This document shows, piece after piece, positions 11,633-25,399 of a stretch of 64,000 bases of DNA (positions are counted from its first letter, which is position 1; each line of letters opens with the position of its first letter). The stretch is taken from contig NC_058368.1 in assembly GCF_018350175.1 (NCBI RefSeq), positions 66,342,001 through 66,406,000 of the forward strand, read 5' to 3'. This stretch comes from Felis catus (lineage: Eukaryota). Made by a program: the position numbers and the translations under genes. The notes below the pieces were generated by a model. That model did no database searches, was not told where the DNA came from, and worked only from the letters and a program-made list of their open reading frames with translations.

Positions 11633-12124
11633 GCTGATTTCAAATTAGCTGGAAGGAGGAATCCTATCCAAAATGCTCCCATTTTCTAGTGAAAACAGAG
11701 AGAAAGCACTAGAACTTTGGGCAAGTCCCTCCGATTTTCCTCCTTTAGTTAAAATGGCAGGGTGAGGAGAGCAAAGCAGATGGATGCAAGTAACGAGAAA
11801 AGATCGAAGAGCCTTTCCAGCTCACAAACTCCAGCATTCTCTGAGGAATGATGATCGATGAAGACAGAGTAACTCGTCCCCTCCTCTTATGAAACCATCT
11901 AGAAGTGTGTGGGAAAGGAGGGTCCACCTCCAGCTCCCACTGTTATTTCATCAACAATAACTTTCTCGGGGACTTTCACATCGAAATCATGTTTGTACCT
12001 TAGCATCTTCCAGCATCCACAAGAGACAGCGAATGTTCTCAGTATATCTCCAGGACTCACATATGCCAAGGCATAGAGAGGAGAATTGTAATGTCTTTCT
12101 CCACAAGCATGATGCCATGCCCAA

Positions 12125-12344
12125 TTTTTTTTAAAGTTTATTTATTTATTTTGAGAGAAACAGAGAGAGAGAGCTCGTGCGAATCGGGGAGAGGTTGGGG
12201 GTGGGGGAGAGAGAGAATACCAAGCAGGCCACATTGTCTGTGCAGAGCCCAATGGGGGGCTCGATCCCACGATCTGTGAGATCATGACCTGAGCCAAAAT
12301 CAAGAGTCAGGCGCTTAACAGACCGAGCTCCCCAGGGCCCCCCC
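12125..12344 (-). mobile_element. CAN-SINE, older feliform subfamily
   Basis: Antisense tail tttatttattttgagag; antisense head gagatcatgacctgagccaaaatcaagagtcaggcgcttaac. Confidence 0.92.
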
Positions 12345-12353
12345 ATGCACAAC

Positions 12354-12566
12354 TTTTTTTTTTCAACATTTATTTATTTTTGGGACAGAGAGAGACAGGG
12401 CATGAACGGGGGAGGGGCAGAGAGAGAGGGAGACACAGAATCGGAAACAGGCTCCAGGCTCCGAGCCATCAGCCCAGAGCCTGATGCGGGGCTCGAACTC
12501 ACGGACCATGAGATCGTGACCTGGCTGAAGTCGGACGCTCAACCGACTGCGCCACCCAGGCACCCC
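12354..12566 (-). mobile_element. CAN-SINE, young SINEC_Fc
   Basis: Antisense young-type consensus; flanking duplicate cacaacttttt (12348-12358, 12571-12581). Confidence 0.97.
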
Positions 12567-13111
12567 AACACACAACTTTTTAAATAAGGGCCCACTGCCC
12601 CTGCCAGAGCTGGTTGTTTATGGGGCTGTGGTGCCTTTCCCTGTGTCCAAAGAAGTGCTGGGGGCCGGGCCTTTGGAATCTCCTAGACATGATTCGTTAC
12701 TGAGCATCTCACCACAGATGTTCTACTCTTCTGTTTTCTGGGCCTCTTTCACCTCTCCTTCCAGAGAAACCTCTGTCTTGCTGTCCAGCGTCCCCACCCT
12801 GGGGCTTCATCCTCTGCACACACTGTCCCCGTGCGTCCCACAGCTGTGGCTTCGCTCACAATTTTCTAGGCACAACACAAGAGAAAAGGTGTTTTCATAT
12901 CACGGCTAATTTACTGCAGTCAGGACAAACACAAAAGCAAAACATTCTAAAAATGCTAGGACCCTGGGAGGAATGTCTGTTTGCTAGGCTGATGCTTTGC
13001 TGTGACCTCAGATCCCTTTCCAAGATTCTCACTGTTACTGTAACACTAGGTGGCCATATCTTCTGGAAATACAGATGCAAAAGTGCTTGGGTCATTTTCT
13101 TTTGTGAGAGG

Positions 13112-13112
<1 letters not shown>

Positions 13113-13153
<41 letters not shown>
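13113..13153. repeat. (GT)n microsatellite
   Basis: Direct reading. Confidence 0.95.
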
Positions 13154-13155
<2 letters not shown>

Positions 13156-13526
13156 CACCTTATTAAAAGGATGTGTACTACCTAGTAAGCAGTGTGTGAT
13201 CACTACTTATAAAATTGAATCAAAGTGCAAGTTGTTTCACACATTTCTCCCTTCCCTTTAGCTTTGGTGCCTTCTTTTCTTGGAACAAAGGAGGTTAGCG
13301 GAGAGGTTTCCTAAATGTGAGAAGTAGGGCCACGTTGGACTCCAGGGGACTTTAAAACCAACTTCTCCATCCAAACATGCTTCCTCATCCCTCCCCACCC
13401 CCTGACATTTTGGGGAAAGAAATAGCAAAGGGGTACCTCTTGCACTTCTTGGAGATAGACTACAAAGCCAGAAGTTAGAGAAAGATGTGTTGCGGCTATC
13501 TCAAAGGACCTCTCTGCCCACTAGAC

Positions 13527-13708
13527 CAGCATTTCTGAATATGTAGGACCGGGATCACCTACATCAGAAGCTTTTTTTTAAAAAAACAAATTGCTGAGGG
13601 CCAACCAAGAGCCACACCAAATCAGCCATGCCGGGGCTGAGGGACAACGGATCTGTACATTCAACACACTCTCTAGTGATTCTGATGCTAAAGCTCTGGA
13701 GGACCTGC
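13527..13708. mobile_element. hAT-Charlie MITE (MER5A-like), degenerate
   Basis: ctagaccagcatttctgaa start; ctctagtgattctgatgc near the end. Confidence 0.55.
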
Positions 13709-15692
13709 CTTTTTACTCTGCATTTACCACCAAAGAGTCCAATGTATGTTTCCCGGAAGAAGGGTACTCCATTAGATGTGTACGAATGAATTCTTGGCTT
13801 GCATGTGGTAGAACTTACCCTACAGTGAGCTCCCAACAGAGAGAGAAAAATCCTAACTAAGACTTCCTGGCAATTCTAGATTGAAGCTCTGCTTCCTGGC
13901 CATCCCTGCTGCCGGTCTCACTGATGTCACAAAATTCAACCACAGTCTTGTATCACTGCTCCTTTTCCAGAAGCAAATGTAAAGAGAGACACCACACAGC
14001 CAGCTGCTGGAAATCTTTCTAGAAAGAGCTTCTATATAAATCAAACAGCCTAATATTTCATGAATATTTCTGAATTTCTTTGTCACTTAATCCACATCAT
14101 ATGGTATCTTCTCGTTCTGGGAAGTGCAAGTGAACTCATTTCAGCCCCTTGCTCCGTGTTCAGTTGAGAAGTGGGGTGGCCTGGTATGGGAGGGGGCTGC
14201 TTGCTCATCTGGGAGTCAGGGCTCTAGCCCCACTGCTTCCTTGGCATCACCGTGTGGCCTTGCACGGCTGACTTCTACTCGTCTGCAAGATGAGGGATGG
14301 CTGGACTACAGTGGCTCCACCATCCCCTCCTGGGACACAATCGCAAGCTTCCGTAAGTGTAGAACATGTGACCCCATTGAACACTGATCAGCAGGGTCCG
14401 GATCACACTTGGGAGCTCCTGAGAAAGAACTCTGTGGGGCCAAAAGCCCAGCTGAATGAAGGCTGGCAAGATGCTTCCCACAGAAACTAGAGTCCTCAAA
14501 GTTTTATTTATTTTTCAGAACATCTGCCTAATGTCTTTTAGGGCGTGATTCACATTTTTTTGTTGTCCAAAAGGGAGTCCGAGAGGGACAGAGTAAAGAA
14601 ACTAAATGAAATGACTTCAAGAATATCCCAAAAGAATAGAGGTAGGGGAAAAGTCATGCTTGAATTTAAGCCATTGAAAACATTTGGCAAAACGCAGAGT
14701 TCTTCCTGCATGTTCAACGTTGTGAATTTTCACATGAGCTCACATTGTTCCCAGAACCCACCAGACCCTGGCCCCTCACATCCTCTACCTAGAAGGATGA
14801 GGCTCCCAGGAGTGAATCTGCACCTCACGTACCCTCTGCAGCTGCCATCTGCTTAGTCTGGGAGCCGTCCAACTCCTCCCATACTTCCTCTTTGAGATAG
14901 GATGTCCCAAATTACACAGCCAAGGTCTTCAGCCCAGGGGGGGTTATTCTCCACTGGATCTGCAGAGTGAGAAAATGGATCTGATCTTGAACGACTGTGG
15001 TTAAACAATTGCGTAAATGTCATTGAAATTCGTGTGTTTTTCCAGGTGAAAATGGCCTTATATTCACAATGTTGGGTTCCACGCATTTAGAAGACCCCCC
15101 AGAATCCAGAACTGTCACATAATTTCCCCAAAGTTTTTTTTTTTCTTCTCCTTCTTGACTTAGCTTGGTCTTATTCAAGACAGAAATCCCTGGGTCAGAA
15201 ATTTTGCCTAGTCCCATAAATATGACTTTTCCAAGGTCCCAAGAGGCAGAAAGGAAGCCAAATGTGATTACCCAGCCTCTAGGCTTTCATCATGGTGCAA
15301 TTCCTCAAAGGAGCTGAAAGTAGTGCACATTTCTGAACTTAAATATCCCTTCCAAGAGGCTCTTTGCCCTGTTGCTTTGATGAGGAAAGAAAGAGTCATA
15401 AGAGGGATTTTCACACAGGGACAAAGCAATGTGCCGTGCGGCCTGTTTTATCTGTGTTCCCTTGACCAATATGGCTATCACTGTGTGTGAATAAGTTCAA
15501 CTCCTCTTTCCTCCTCTCCTCCCCTCTCCTCCCCTCCTCCTCTCTGCTGTCATCCTGGAAACTACCTTTGCCTGTGCCCTGCCTATTGACAGTTATTAAG
15601 ACCATTTTCAAATATCGGGCAAGCAAAAATGTTACCTCATTTAAAGTCAAGTGCCCTTGGGCAAGCCAGTTAATTTCTCTGAGCCTCTAATT

Positions 15693-15860
15693 CAGCAACT
15701 CTCAATTTTGACTCTACATTAAAGTTACCTGGAGAACTTAAATAAGTACTTACGTCTGGTCCCTATCCCCACAGAATGCTGATCCCTTTGGTTTGGGGCT
15801 GGACAAGGCTTGGTATTTGGCAGGCTCCCCAAGAGTTTCCAGTGTGTAGCCCACTGCTCT
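15693..15860. mobile_element. hAT-Charlie MITE (MER5B-like)
   Basis: cagcaactctcaatttt...cacattaaag-like core, gttacctggagaactt, ends ccactgctcta. Confidence 0.6.
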
Positions 15861-15869
15861 AGGTCCTAA

Positions 15870-16033
15870 ATCTTCAAAGTGAGGTTCTTAGGCCAGCTGT
15901 ATCAGTCTCACCTAGATGCCTGTTAGAAGTGAAGAGCCTCAGGCCCCATCCCCAGACCTGCCATATCAGAATCTACGTTTCAACAAGACCCCCAGGTGAT
16001 TCATAGGTACAGCATAGTGAGAGAATCATGGTT
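15870..16033. mobile_element. hAT-Charlie MITE (MER5A-like)
   Basis: ctcaggccccatccccagacct...atcagaatctacgtttcaacaagacccccaggtgattc. Confidence 0.75.
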
Positions 16034-16509
16034 CCAAGTCCTTAACATGTCAAAGAGGATAATAATGTTCATGGGGTACTGAGCTCTCTGCCACATGTTT
16101 TTTCCCCATGTAATCCCAAAAATCTAAAGAGGAGAGACTGTGCCTGTAGGCTCTTAAGACCTTAGCCTGATTCCCAAAGCCCTGGTACGTGAATATGTAG
16201 GTTTTCTGGGGAGTAGCAATTATTCCCTTAATGTGGTTTTCTTAAGAGGCTGATTGTTAAATGACTGTGCAAAATGGTCCCACAAGTTTAGTATTTCCAT
16301 TTGATCTCAGAAATTGGATTTTCCCAAAAAAAATTTAATAAAATTTGCCTTCTTTTTCCATCACATTTTAGTTTAATTCAGGCATTATAAATCAACTCAA
16401 GCTGGCAGGCTCATTTGAGGAAAAGCGGTTTTAGGATGGGGATTAGTTAAATTGGTGAACCAGAAGCTGAATGAGTTGGGTTCGAGCTGATCAGACAAGT
16501 TTGCTTGAA

Positions 16510-16771
16510 GAGGTCAGCAAACTATGGTCCACAGACCACAACAACATCTACTCCTTGTAAATAAGGCTTTACTGGAACACAGCCCCACTCATCCATTTGG
16601 GTATCATTCATGCTACTTTCACATCACCATATTAGCACTACAATACATGACTCCTACAATGGTAATAGTCACAAGAGAGACCATATGGCCTACAAAGCCC
16701 AAAATAACACGATCTGTGTCCCAAAGCCTATGTTCCACTAGCCTGTCACAGAAAAAATTTGCCTGTTCCTG
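16510..16771 (+). mobile_element. hAT-Charlie MITE (MER58A-like)
   Basis: ggtcagcaaactatgg...tttactggaacacagcc...gagaccatatggcctacaaagcccaaaata...acagaaaaaatttgcc. Confidence 0.8.
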
Positions 16772-18104
16772 GCTTAGAGTGACTACTAAGTGAGGCCAAG
16801 GTTGGGTGCTCACTGGCCATCTGGGCCCACTTGTTTGGCTCTGTGGCCCAGTCTCTGACCCTGTGTAGTCACAGCAAGCCTGGTGGGTTGGGAGGAAGTG
16901 GCCAGAGCACCGAGTACAGATTCGTCTGCATTCTGGGAACAAACGGGAGCAAAGAGAACATCCTCTTTGCATATGATGTCTGTCACGTTGGTAGCAGTAT
17001 TGCTTGAGCTTCTATCTGACATGTCCCCGTTATAAGTAAACGTGTTTCAAAATAACGTTGGAAAAGAGCCTAGCAGGAAAACCCTGAGTTCAACACAGAA
17101 ATACAAGATTTCTAGTCAAGGCAGAAAGCAAGAATCTTTACCTAGGAAAAGTGAAAGGTAAACTAACTTATTTCCAGGCTATTTCAAGCAGGAAATTCCT
17201 TCCTCTGGAGAGGTTTCAAGCGCTTAGAACATAGACATTAACCGAAATTTGGATTATTTCAAAGAGTTCCTAAAACAAAAGTATATACTCTTTTCTATTT
17301 TTTTTTTCTCTTCAGTAGGCTATGGAGAAATCAAAAGTCACTTCAGATTTGATTTCAGCTCTCAGTCTGAGAACCAGTAACTGCTGACTATGTAGCAGTG
17401 ATGCTTTGTGTGCTAAGAATTAAAAGAAAGATGGATAGAGGTAGGCAGAAAGAATCTCCCCAAACGTCGGTCCTTGAAACTGGATGTTCCTTTGGCTATA
17501 TTTCATATTTCTGAATTTGATATTTTTTCTCTGATAATTCCTCTGAGTTTTAGGTCCCTTTTTTCATCCAAGTTGGACTTCTGTGTCTTCCAGTAGGTGC
17601 TTTGAGGCCAAGAAGCTGGCCATCAGGGGACCTAATGAGGCCCATGGATAGCAGCTGGATTGAAGTATAGCAATTAGCTTTTGTCTAATTCCATCCAAAT
17701 GGTGTTTCTAGATCTGCAACGGTTGATATGTAGCAAAAGTTCCAAGTGGGGGGAAAAGAAAAAAAGAGCAAGAGAAAGATACTAACAGTCGTGGGTCTAA
17801 CAGATTGTTCTAATTATATTCTCACGGTTTCATTTTGCAAGTTTTGATCAAAATGAAAGATTTGAAGTCTTTGCATAATCTCTCTGTACATACTTTGTGC
17901 TGCCAGTTTACTCTCTCTGGCACGGGGCTGGCTCAGCTGTTGGTCTCTGGCATAGGGATACCGAAATGTGGCCGATGCCGCCTTCAGAGCAGAACTAGAA
18001 ATGTGTGGTTTAAAGCTATATAATGGCTTGAGAGGAATGATGATGCCCTTTTGTCAAATCATTGTAAGAAGATTATTTTCCCAAAGGATTTTTTAGTACT
18101 CTGG

Positions 18105-18107
<3 letters not shown>

Positions 18108-18157
<50 letters not shown>
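18108..18157. repeat. (TA)n microsatellite
   Basis: Direct reading. Confidence 0.95.
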
Positions 18158-18161
<4 letters not shown>

Positions 18162-18989
18162 GGGAGAGAGAGAGAGAATCCATTTGGTGGTTCTGACTAA
18201 ATTGACCAGTAATGAGTTTTGCTATGAGTAAATTTGATGTCAGGAGTTTGCTAGAGAAGTAACAGATGTGAAGATCTCTGTTTACAGGAAAGACACTTTT
18301 CTTTTGGCCACTGCATGTGAGTTATGGGAGAGGTTAACATTTTCTTTTCTCTGTATGTTTACATCAAGGTTCTGGAAATCATTGAGAGGAGATGACAAGA
18401 GTACAAGACAAGATATTCCCAGGGGCAATAGATGAGGGATTTAGGGATGAAATTGGTCTGTGCCTCAGGAATGGAAAAGATCCCAGGCTCTTCATATGCT
18501 TTATGAATTCATATCTGTATCCACTACCTTCTTCATATAGTGCTGAGCCAGAAAGTCTTTTGAGCCACTGAAGTTAGCTGTAAAGTACTCACGACCTCCC
18601 TTAATGTTTTTTGCTATATCCTTCTTTTACTTTATTTATAAGTTTGAAATTTTAGGTAATCAGTTTCTTGGCTCGCTTTTTGCCCTTTCCCAGATTTTGC
18701 AATACCTGCAGTCCTGGCCATAAATCTCGTTTAAGACCAATACTGTACAGGATCTCGTCAGCATCTGAGCGTGCTGGCTCTGAGACCCAATCCTGAGATT
18801 CTGAGTCAGTCACCAGAACCGCAGCCTGACAAGTTTTGGGGGCTCACCCCTTGTCAAACTAGGATAAACCCAATTTTAGAATCTGGGCAGGCTCTGTCCC
18901 TTCCTGGTGGATCCCAAAAGGAAACCAGTCACGTGGACTGCAATTCACTTCTTGTATTCCCCTGAGAAGTTGTGGCCAATAATAGTAAA

Positions 18990-19217
18990 TGAAATCTGTG
19001 AGTTGTTGTACAGTTTGCAAATGCACTTGGACTAATCTTCCTTAATCTTTGCAGTAACTCAACAAGTGAGGTATTATCTTCTTTATTTTACCAATTCAGG
19101 AAGTTGAAGTCCACAGAAACTAAGTAAGTTTCCCTGCGATTTCACGGTTAAGTAGCAGCGATAGGATTCAGATTCGGATCCTCTGACCCCAAATACCATT
19201 CCTTTCCCACTGCAATA
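18990..19217 (-). mobile_element. MIR SINE
   Basis: tattatcttctttattttacc...aggaagttgaagtccacagaaactaagtaagtttccc...ggattcagattcggatcctctgacccca matches the antisense MIR core. Confidence 0.7.
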
Positions 19218-19560
19218 AACCACCTACGTATTAACCGGCAAATGAAGACAGCCAGTAAAGCAGAAATCTAATGAGTGATTAAGAAGCTCATGTAACTGCA
19301 GAACCAAAGGAAGAGAAGGTGTTCAGATGGTGGGAAAGGAGAATGAGTGTGCAGGAAACAAAGAAGCAGAGAGAAAAGTCATTTTTTAAAAAGATGAAAT
19401 CACAACTATGAGTCAAGTTCCTTATAGAAAAGCCCAGCCTCTCTCCTGTTTTCCAAACATTCCACACATTGCCTTGATCAAGACTTGGAAAGACTTGTTG
19501 AAACTAAAAAAGTATAGAGTATCTTCTATGGTTTCTTCTGTTTTGTTTTTATTACTTATC

Positions 19561-19741
19561 AAGGGCTGGAGAGTCAGTATGTTCTATTTTGCTGGCAAAT
19601 CTGTCACAACTACTTGAGTCTGTCATTCTTGCATGAAAGCAGCCATAGCTAATATGTAAATGAATGGGCATGGCTGTGTGCCAGTGAAGTTTATTTACAG
19701 AAACAGTAGCCAACTGGAAAACCCAGCTTGCTGGCCCTTGC
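19561..19741 (-). mobile_element. hAT-Charlie MITE (MER58A-like)
   Basis: ctgtcacaactact...aaagcagccatagctaatatgtaaatgaatgggcatggctgtgtgccagtgaagtttattt. Confidence 0.8.
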
Positions 19742-19749
19742 CTTAAAAC

Positions 19750-19937
19750 AATAGCTTCCAACCCATGTTGGAACATGACTGCACGTTACAATCCCCTCAG
19801 AAACAGTAAAAAATACTAATGCCCCCACGTCCTTCCCTACAATAGCTGAATCGTTCTGAAGTGAGATCCAGGCATCGATATATATTTCTAAAGCCTCCCC
19901 GGAAATTCTGGTGTCAAAGCAAGATGAGGGCCACTGA
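19750..19937. mobile_element. hAT-Charlie MITE (MER5B-like)
   Basis: gactgcacgttacaatcccc...aaaaatactaatgccc...gatgagggccactgacctaga. Confidence 0.65.
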
Positions 19938-19951
19938 CCTAGATTCTAAGA

Positions 19952-20141
19952 CAGTGGTTCTCAAAGTACAGTCCCCAGGAAGGACAGCAACTTCAGCATC
20001 CCCCGGGAACTTGTTGGGAATCAAATTCTCAAGCCCAACTCCAGACCTTCCAAATCTGAAAGTCAGGGAATGGGGCCTGGAATCTGCATGTTAGAAGCCC
20101 CTCAGGTGGTTCTGAAGTACAATCAAGTTTGAGAACCACAG
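19952..20141 (+). mobile_element. MER5A, full length
   Basis: Terminal inverted repeats cagtggttctcaaa / tttgagaaccacag; ~190 bp; TCTA-containing 8-bp flanks. Confidence 0.88.
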
Positions 20142-23100
20142 GTCTAGGGACTAGAGAGTAAGCATTCAGCCCCAGGGCTCTTCCCTCATGGGTAAATTAG
20201 GTATTAAGTTCTAGAGCCAGCACCAAATTTGCATCAAAAATGCAGCTTCAAGCCCCCCTTCTGACTGTTAGTATACCCCCCTGAGCCTCAGAGTCTCCCT
20301 CTTGGGAAAAGAGTAACGTATCATCTATACCTCTATGGTGTGTATGGTGGTTAAGTGATTAGATGTTTTCAAGGACAACTAAAAAACTATCAAGCACCCC
20401 ATAGGAAACCATTAACTACAGTTGAACTGAGATTGAAGGATATGCTGGTTTCCATGGGCTTGGTCCATGGTTCTTGGTCTAGGAGGCTGCAGTGGCCCAA
20501 AGGGTTACCATGAAGCATAATCTAGAAAGTGGTCTATCCTTCCAGCCTTTTGGTGATTCTGCTTTCTGAACTACAATGAAGCCCCAAAGAGAGGAAAACA
20601 GGACAGGAGTAATGCACCCATGTAGTCAAGGGGATGAAGGAGGCACTATCTCAGGAAAGCCAGGAAGACAGCTAGAATTAAGGCTGGTAGGATGTGCTCA
20701 AGGCACACATACCCTGTATAAAGTAAGCAAAGTGAACAGTGAATCCTCCCAGAGATATTTTTCCAGCATTCTCAGAGCCACACCGCTTGCTACACCTTGA
20801 CATATGTTACCTGTCAAAAAGTAGCACCGACTAGAATCACAAACATATTCAAAAACATCTAGACACCTTTATGAAGAACATACATAATTTGTTCCTAAGA
20901 CAAACTGGGATGCTTTGGAGGTAAATTTATAGTCCTGTAGGTTTGACATCTAAGAGGATAAATATTTGACATAAAGTATCCCTTAGAACCTCTTTTAGAA
21001 TATAATGTCCTAAAAGAGTCGGGATCTAACACAGTGTGGTGATTCTTGAGTTCTTGTGAGACCGAAACCAAGAAATGTCTCAGGACATCTGCTGTTTTAG
21101 GAATGTGTGGATTGAACTGAATAGTCCCAACATAAAGACTCTTCAGAAATCAACCATCTTGTACAGTCTCTAGAGTTACTCTCTGAACTTCAGGGAAAAT
21201 ATCGATGCCAAAATCAACACCACTATTAAAACTCCCCCATCTTGCCTTCCTGTCTAAGTGCAAGACCCAGCTTTCTCAGATATTGTTATTTTATTTTCTT
21301 TCTTTCTTTCTTTCTTTCTTTCTTTTTTTTTTTTTTTGGTTCATCTGCAGCATAAAAGATGAGGAAAGGCAAGGTCAGCGAGAGGTTTATTCTTCTTTAC
21401 TTGGACAAAGGCTTGGGAAGTGTTGTTTAGACATTTTCTTATGTAGATTAGATATTAACTTTTAGTAGTAAAATGCCCTGAGAAGCATTTTGCTGGGAGA
21501 TGCTGGGAAAATTTGAAGTGGGTTAAAATGAGCCATGATACACCAGACCTGCAGGTGTAGCACCTGGAGTCCAATGAGGGGGGATTACCTCCTATGTTTC
21601 CCTTCTAGCCTTGCTAAGATTTCCTAACCCCAGAGGACACATCCAGACTGCTTTTCTCAGGGCAGCGTAACTGCCTAGTACATAGATCAGTTGAAATATG
21701 AACCAAGGAGGGTGTGAACTGGCTCAAAATATGCTGATTTCCAGATGTTCTTAGATTCTCTCAAACCCTGATTGCCCCCAAAGACCATCCTGAGTTGGTG
21801 GATGGCAGTGATTACTCATATTTCTTTTCCATGATCAAGGCAATAATTTTAAAGCCCCGTAGTCTTCTCATGAGCCTATGTCTGGGTCTTGTCTAGGTCA
21901 TATATTACTTCTCAGTATGAAAATTGCAGAGTCTCACTGGATTGGGCTGTAAAATATCTGCACACTGATGCTGGTTTTTTGATTTGTTGCTCTTCCCAGG
22001 ATGGAAAAGTTCTCAGAAATCTGAATGAAGGGCTGGTGTTTTATATAGTGACCTTCCGTGAAAGAAAGGTCATGAAATATCTCCTTTCTCTGCCACCAAA
22101 ACAAGGGGAATCGTTATGAACGTGTTTCAGGGAAATAAAAAAAAAATATCTAAAAGCAGTGAATTTGAGTTTACACAGGAAAAAAAATATTTGCAAAGCA
22201 TGCTTAGAACTGACGTTATTATTGCATTCTAAAATCTCACTGACTTGGGAATTAAAAAAGAAATCCACAGTGTGAAAAAGTTGAGATCACAAATGCTAAA
22301 ACTCTGGGAGGTTCTTTTGAGTGTGTTTATCTGATCGCTGGGTTAAATAAAGGCTCATAAAAACCGTTATGAAGGGCAGTCTTCCACCTGTTTATGGAAT
22401 GAAATAAAAGTCTATCACCAGACAGGTAGCACCATGAGAAGAAAAGAATTTTTACCCTTTCTACTTCCACCCTATTCAGAGACACATTTGTGGCCACCTA
22501 CCTCACCGTCCCATTAGCCTTTGAGCTGACATATTTCCTCCCAGTACCTTATGAGAAGAAATACGACAACTCTCCAGTTGCATGGGAGAAAGGAAAAAGA
22601 ATTTGATCTCTGTTCCTATGAGAGCTCTCACCCGTAAAGGAAGGGATCTTAGTGTCTCAGAGTCTTTGCTTTCCCATTTGTAAGATGAAGTTAATAATAT
22701 CTGATGGGGAGAGGTTAAGTGTTTCGTCTCAGTTCACACCTGGTTAGAAGCAGAGTGGGGACTTGAACCTGGCTTGGGCCATAACAGAGCGCATTTGATC
22801 CATGGTTTTGATATCTGATGAGTAAAGGGGATGGGACACAGAAAACCCTCACAACTGGGCCTTATACACAGTGAGCTCTCTGTACAAAGCTGTTCCCATT
22901 TTCTTTTCTCTTATTCCCTTCTGCCATGTTACCCTCTTATGCCTTCTGCCATGTTACCGCTGTCTCCTGAAGCACTTGATCCATTCTGTGACCTTCAATG
23001 GCACACACTAAGTATGGACATAGGTGATTCATGTGCCTTTAATGCTTTCTGGCCCAATTACTGCTATTGTGTCCTTTTATTTGTTTACCTAGCATCCTTG

Positions 23101-24387
23101 CATTGCAATGGATTTCATTTCATGCCGCCATATAGTGTTGTGCTTGCCGTTCTTCATTAGCAATGATCATTTTAAAAGATAAAAATCATAGATAGATGAT
23201 CAATTTTCACTTACGGATCAGGAGTTTGAAAAATAATCCCAGCACCCTCAGGGGAAGATTTCACGTACAGATTGCTAATCTGTCTCCGGCTACAGCTGAC
23301 ACCAAGGAGTTTGGGGGAAGAGAACAAAATGCAAAGGAGAACTGAGAGCCAGGAGCAGAACGAGCCAATGCCGCTTGCTAGAACTATCTTTCCTGAGCAT
23401 AAATTGACAGCTACTCTGCCCATCTGCTTCCCTTTACCTGAGGTTGGATTTATTGGGCCCACAAGATGCTGTTTTTAGCTACTCTTGGTCCTGGGATTTC
23501 CTGGCCATCCATGTTCCATAGCCTCCGGGTGCCCCATAATGACATCACTGAACCCCACCACAGTGTGCTCAAAGGAAGTCATATGGTGGTAGCCAGCCTC
23601 TACTGAGAACTAACACGTGCCTGTTTTCATTCCTTTAATCCACATAACAACCCAAAATTTTATGGATGAGGAAATGGAATCACAGAGTGGCCGGAAGAAA
23701 TTCCACCAGATTTAGAAGTCTGTAATAAACTCACGTAAAACGCCTTGAGGAGAGCCCAGCCAGGAAGTGATTTCCATATTACACACTTGAGGTTGATTTA
23801 GGGACTGAGTCACAGTGGGAGACAGCTGATGTTTCAGAAATGTTTTGACCCTAATATTTAACTGGTTAACCTTCTGTCTTGCCATTGCCCTTAGCTTAGA
23901 AGAGCGTAAGGCCATGATCTCCATTTTGAAATGAGGCATTGTGCTCTAACCATTGACCCAGCTGGACAAACCCTGCATCATAATTAAATGCTGTTACCAT
24001 GGGCATAGACTTCATAGACTGCAGGGGTATTATTTTAGGAGTTTTCTTTCCTAATCACCCACTTCCTAACACTTGCTGTCATTCACGTATCCTCACAGTG
24101 TAACTTATCTCTGTGACTACTCTCTCGGGGCCTGTGATAGTCAATCATGGCTACAACCTCAAGAAATTTACTGCTCAGGGAAAAATAAGCTAAATGTGAA
24201 TATTTTGCAACTTAGGGTCAGTGTTTTACCATGGGACCATGGGACCATGAGAACAGGAATGCATGAAGAAAGATCCAAAGGGTGGAAGAGTGATGCTCTT
24301 AGCTGGTCAAAGTAGTGAAATAAAAGTGTGCTGGTATGGAGTGAAATCCTAGTGCTTGTACTCTACACTTTCTAAGAAAGACCTGGG

Positions 24388-24618
24388 GGGGCGCCTGGGT
24401 GGCGCAGTCAGTTAAGCGTCCGACTTCAGCCAGGTCACGATCTCGCGGTCCGTGAGTTCGAGCCCCACGTCAGGCTCTGGGCTGATGGCTCAGAGCCTGG
24501 AGCCTGTTTCCGATTCTGTGTCTCCCTCTCTCTCTCTGCCCCTCCCCCGTTCATGCTCTGTCTCTCTCTGTCCCAAAAATAAATAAACGTTGAAAAAAAA
24601 TTTTTTTTTTTAAATAAA
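24388..24618 (+). mobile_element. CAN-SINE, young SINEC_Fc
   Basis: Near-consensus sequence; TSD taagaaagacct(g/a)gg. Confidence 0.97.
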
Positions 24619-25399
24619 TAAGAAAGACCTAGGGAAATTACGATCTGCCTAACTTCTAAGGTTGCAAAGCCAAATGACAGAAATCATAAGAAACTTCTCA
24701 TTTTTCCTTAAGATGATACCAACTCACCTTAAAGGTGTCGAAAGAGCAAAGAACTGGCTAAATGGCACCCAGGGGCAGGGGCAGCAGAGCAAGAGTATGA
24801 ATCAAGCTGGAAGTCATGGTAATAGGAGGATCTGGGCTCTGGAGGAAATCGTTTTAATTGTGAAGTGTTCTCACACGTGCTGCTAGAAACTCATAGGAGA
24901 ATTTTATTATTATTTTACATATTTTATAATACCAAGAAGAAAGCTCGGAAAATTAGACTGTATTGCCGCTTTAATTCAAACTGATCAATGATTGTGCAAG
25001 ATATAGACATCTGTCTTCCTAAATCATGAATTCTTTTCAACTCTTATGTAATGACTGCACCATTCATTCATGGGTTTCTTACAGTCATGTATCAACAGTT
25101 TCAACACTCATGTATGTGCCATGATCTGGCAGGTGATTGTCACATAACAAACAATCGACCCAAGTTTTGCTTTTTATACCAATTTTCAAAACATAATAGA
25201 AAAATCTTTGCTGGTCATCCGAGTAGGCAGAGTTTTAACATAAGTGATGTGTCTGTGTAGATAAAACTCCTACGTTGCACTTAGCATTGCTATATATCTT
25301 CTAACTTCTTTAATTCACAATGTTTTTTAACTTTACTCTTTAAGGGGACTCACTGAAGATTTTTCAGTAGAGTCATGCTCTAGAAAATTCCTCTGGCAT

